Part shown: one piece after another, positions 59,979-64,000 of the stretch
Numbering within the stretch: position 1 is the first letter of the stretch
How the letters are laid out: the number at the start of each line of letters is the position of its first letter
Source: Aplysia californica
Taxonomy: Eukaryota
Length of the DNA: 64,000 bases
Assembly (NCBI RefSeq): GCF_000002075.1
Contig: NW_004797514.1
Coordinates: 624,451-688,450, forward strand
Reading direction: 5' to 3'
Notes under the pieces: model-generated
Database searches by the model: none
The model's input: only the letters and a program-made list of their open reading frames with translations
What the model was told of the DNA's origin: nothing
Program-made: the position numbers and the translations under genes

Positions 59979-60233
59979 TGAATACTCCGAATGAAGAACA
60001 ACAAGCACAACGTTAAATTGAAACAGACTGGAGGAACGAAAGGGGACGATGAAGGGGAGGAGGAAGAAGAGAGGAGGAGAGAAGAAGGAAGAAAAATTAT
60101 TGGAAGAGCTGAAGAATGTGTATTTGAAGTCTACAAATTTGACTCCTTTCATTAATGCACGTGTGTGTGAGTGTTTATGTGTGTGTGTGTGTGTGCGTGT
60201 GTGTGTGTATGTGTGTGTGTGTGTTTGTGTGTT

Positions 60234-60266
<33 letters not shown>

Positions 60267-60433
60267 NNNNNNNNNNNNNNNNNNNNNNNNNNNNNNNNNN
60301 NNNNNNNNNNNNNNNNNNNNNNNNNNNNNNNNNNNNNNNNNNNNNNNNNNNNNNNNNNNNNNNNNNNNNNNNNNNNNNNNNNNNNNNNNNNNNNNNNNNN
60401 NNNNNNNNNNNNNNNNNNNNNNNNNNNNNNNNN

Positions 60434-60678
60434 ATATTAATAATAATAATAGATGACATTTATATAGCGCTCAATCACGATTAAAGTACACAGGCTCTTA
60501 GCGCTTTACAATACAATACAATGTACAACAGGAACATAAAACGTTGTGTTCTGACTTAGAGAAAACCGCTCCAAATACTTATCTTTTTTATTTAAAAACA
60601 GAAATAACTCCAGCTGACATTTGAATGAATCAAAAGATTTGATAAGCGTTCCAGATCTTGGGGCCTTGATATTCAAAT
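60434..60678 (-). mobile_element. L2/CR1-group LINE 3' fragment (same family)
   Basis: Reverse-complement match to 30470-30689 plus gcgctatataaat(att)n tail. Confidence 0.72.
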
Positions 60679-61487
60679 GCCCTTTCATCCATTGTTTTAA
60701 GTTTTATAGATGGTAAAATGTATATGTGGTGTGTTCAGATGTAGGGTTGAATATTGACGATGCTCTTGGGATTTCCTAAAACTGTGATTATCTTCAGACC
60801 AACCGGAAGTTTTGGTGCCTACTTATCGCGAACTTAGAATTACAAAGTCCTTTCTGACACTTTTGGCAGTTTCGAGTTACTAAGAACCTGAGGCCAGAAA
60901 CCAAACGTTCTGTCAGCTCCATCAACATCGTAGGATTATTCGGAGTCGTCATCAGGATATTCAAAAAATAGCATTTAAAAAAGCTTGACATGTGAAACTC
61001 AATTTTTTAACGTCAAATTTATCCAAACTAGGCACTGAGCAGACAGAACGTTGTAATTCTGGAACAGTGCTATGGCAGGAAGGAAATGTGCCACAAGAGA
61101 AAGTTTTTGGAAGAATTAGAAATTACTCTGGGGTCACTGATTTTTCAAATTGTTGTAACTCTTTCTAACCTCTGTTTGACCCATGATCTGTTTTGTAATT
61201 GGCCAAACCTTTGTATGCTTGTTGGTAGGTTTTATTTTTCGTACTTTATTCAAAGCTTTGCTTGGTTGTTAATCTTTTTCACTATATATCAGTCTTTGCT
61301 TGATAGAGAATCTTTTCTCTTATCTTTTCCCATCTTTCTTGACTTAATTTTTTTCAAAATTCATTAATAATTGTACTTTTTAAAGAGTAATAATTAATCC
61401 CCACCATGTGAAAAAGAACAAAAACATGTAGCTCACTTCGCTCTCTACTTTTTTATGACTGAAAAATGATATACTGTTGAAATAATA

Positions 61488-61883
61488 TTATGTCCCATCT
61501 GTGTTGATATTATATGTCCCAATTGTGCTGATATATGTCCCATCTGTGCTGATATATGTCCCGTCTGTGCTGATATATGTCCCATCTGTGCTGATATATG
61601 TCCCGTCTGTGCTGATATATGTCCCATCTGTGCTGATGCAATATGTCCCATCTGTGCTGATGCAATATGTCCCATCTGTGCTGATATATGTCCCATCTGT
61701 GTTAATGCAATATGTCCCATCTGTGCTAATATATGTCCCAATTGTGCTGATATATGTCCCATCTGTGCTAATGCAATATGTCCCATCTGTGCTGATAAAT
61801 GTCTCATCTGTGCTGACATATGTTCCATCTGTGTTGATAAATGTCCCATCAGTGTTGATATATGTTCCATCTGTGCTAATGCA
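61488..61883. repeat. 21/24-bp minisatellite (atatgtcccatctgtgctgat, with or without gca)
   Basis: About 18 units by inspection. Confidence 0.92.
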
Positions 61884-63840
61884 AGCTGCCCCAGCTGCTT
61901 TCACGAACTCTGTCTACCAGGAACAGTTCTGACTCATTTCGGTCTTTCCTTTTGTTAGACGGTTGTATTGCATACACGCAGCACTGACCCAGAGAACTGG
62001 GCAAAGCTTGCACATAGCTGTGATAAGTGGAGATGAATTGTGCGAAAATGTGCGAGACAAAGACATGCGACTTTTGAAGAAAAGTAAAATGAGAGGAAAC
62101 AAAGACAAAGAAACGGAAAGTCGGGTTACGTACATCTCGTAAATCGAAGTATCGTGTGCTCAGAATGAACCAGAGTCTGCTGCCTGTCTTTCCGTCGCGG
62201 GATGAACTAGCCATGAATGACGCTGTGTATGCGAGAGAGCTGCGGCTGAAAAGTCACCAACTACAAACTGTAAAACTGTTCACGACCGTCTGTTACAGAC
62301 TTATAGAGCCATCATAATTGCTTACCCGAAACTGGTTATATGTTCCCGATACCTTCATCTTTAATCTAGGGGGGGGGTGTAGGGTGGGGGGGTTAGGGTA
62401 TGTTACTAGAATCATTCTTAAATCGTCACTTTTGTTTTGGCCTCTGATTAGACTGTTGATAAATCGTTCTCCTTTTTTGTTAAATCTACTTATTCATATC
62501 CTTTTTTTTTTCTTTGTGCTTCTGTTTCTTTATAAATTCAAACCCTTGTTTCAACTGTTACTTTATCTATTCGTTTTTTTTATTTGTTGTTTTTCTTTTT
62601 TGTTACATTTTTAACTGTGAATCTTTAGATTTGGGGGAGAGGGGTGTTTTTCTTTGGTTTCCATTTTTGTTTTTACTTTTTGTCCAAAAGGGTATAAGCG
62701 GCGTATAAAAGTAAGGATAAAAGTAAACTTTTTAGATTTTGTTTTTACCTTTTTTGTTTTGGTTACTTGTTCGAACCATTGTCTGATGTTAAGATCGTTT
62801 TTGTGTTTTTTCCTTTCTCATTCCAACTTTTGCCAGGTCGCTGACGTTTTTGTGACATTTTCCAACTTTCACTTAATGGGGGATGTACATGATACGAGGA
62901 AAATTGTCATTTTGTTTTTGTTACTCATCCGAACCCTTCTGTAAAGAGAGGAAAAGAACATGAATTCATAACTCACTTCCCTTTACGCTTTCCCGTGATG
63001 CGATGCTTGTATTGCATACACGGTAAGCCGTGATTGCATACCATAGGATCGTTTCCGAGATGTCTTCACGATGTCTTGTCTAGCTGAGTTATTTGTCATC
63101 CATTTCACACTCTGCTTTTATGATAATTGTGTTGCATACTATTGATATAAGCCCCAAAAATAAATGTTCTCTGTGTTTTATTTTTTACATTCCTTTATTT
63201 TTTTTTCACGAGTTGTATCAAACCTGCTTGTCTGTCTTTTTTCAAGTTTATCTTTTCTGGTTTAATAAAGTAATACAAAGTCATGTGTTTGTATACGACC
63301 ACTGTTGACAACAATTATTCCGTTCACATTGATCTACGTTGTTTGGTTCCAACTGAACTCCAGTTCCTTGTCATTTTTTTGTGTTATCATTAAAAAAGAT
63401 GAAATCTACTCTTTCAAAAGATGAGCCAAAACTAGATCTAGTTGATTAGAATTAATCGTGATTATCTCTCTCTCTCTCTCTTTCTCTCTNNNNNNNNNNN
63501 NNNNNNNNNNNNNNNNNNNNNNNNNNNNNNNNNNNNNNNNNNNNNNNNNNNNNNNNNNNNNNNNNNNNNNNNNNNNNNNNNNNNNNNNNNNNNNNNNNNN
63601 NNNNNNNNNNNNNNNNNNNNNNNNNNNNNNNNNNNNNNNNNNNNNNNNNNNNNNNNNNNNNNNNNNNNNNNNNNNNNNNNNNNNNNNNNNNNNNNNNNNN
63701 NNNNNNNNNNNNNNNNNNNNNNNNNNNNNNNNNNNNNNNNNNNNNNNNNNNNNNNNNNNNNNNNNNNNNNNNNNNNNNNNNNNNNNNNNNNNNNNNNNNN
63801 NNNNNNNNNNNNNNNNNNNNNAGAGGGAGAGAGAGTGGGT

Positions 63841-63875
<35 letters not shown>

Positions 63876-64000
63876 TGAGAGACTGTCAGAGAGAGAGAGA
63901 CTGTCAGAGAGAGACTATCAGAGAAACAGACAGACAGACCTTGTCCCGCCACGAAATGCCTAAGATTACTAAGAACACGCGCAGCATCTGAGACTGAGAT

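Overview
AT-rich eukaryotic (animal) draft-assembly DNA with many N gaps and microsatellites. The repeat landscape looks like a marine invertebrate such as a mollusc; this is inference and unverified. About 48 kb of the minus strand (ATG 57407 to TGA 9209) is one gene of about 50 exons, rebuilt by hand from GT-AG sites and reading-phase continuity. It totals about 7.7 kb of CDS (about 2,600 aa), with one further exon probably hidden in the 54422-55064 gap. The protein has an N-terminal calmodulin-like EF-hand region, five tandem helical super-repeats of about 385-470 aa that share intron positions, and a charged coiled-coil tail. The gene also has a tandemly duplicated exon under apparent purifying selection, a 21-nt microexon and decayed splice-site duplicates. 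Head-to-head with it is an intronless type II membrane C-type lectin (58899-59648, +). Introns carry many non-autonomous elements: a non-LTR family whose 10 copies all face one way, tRNA-SINEs, RTE and L2 tails, and piggyBac, P, Tc1/mariner, hAT-like and TGTG..CACA MITEs. No prokaryotic systems, CRISPR arrays, rRNA or intact tRNA genes were seen.
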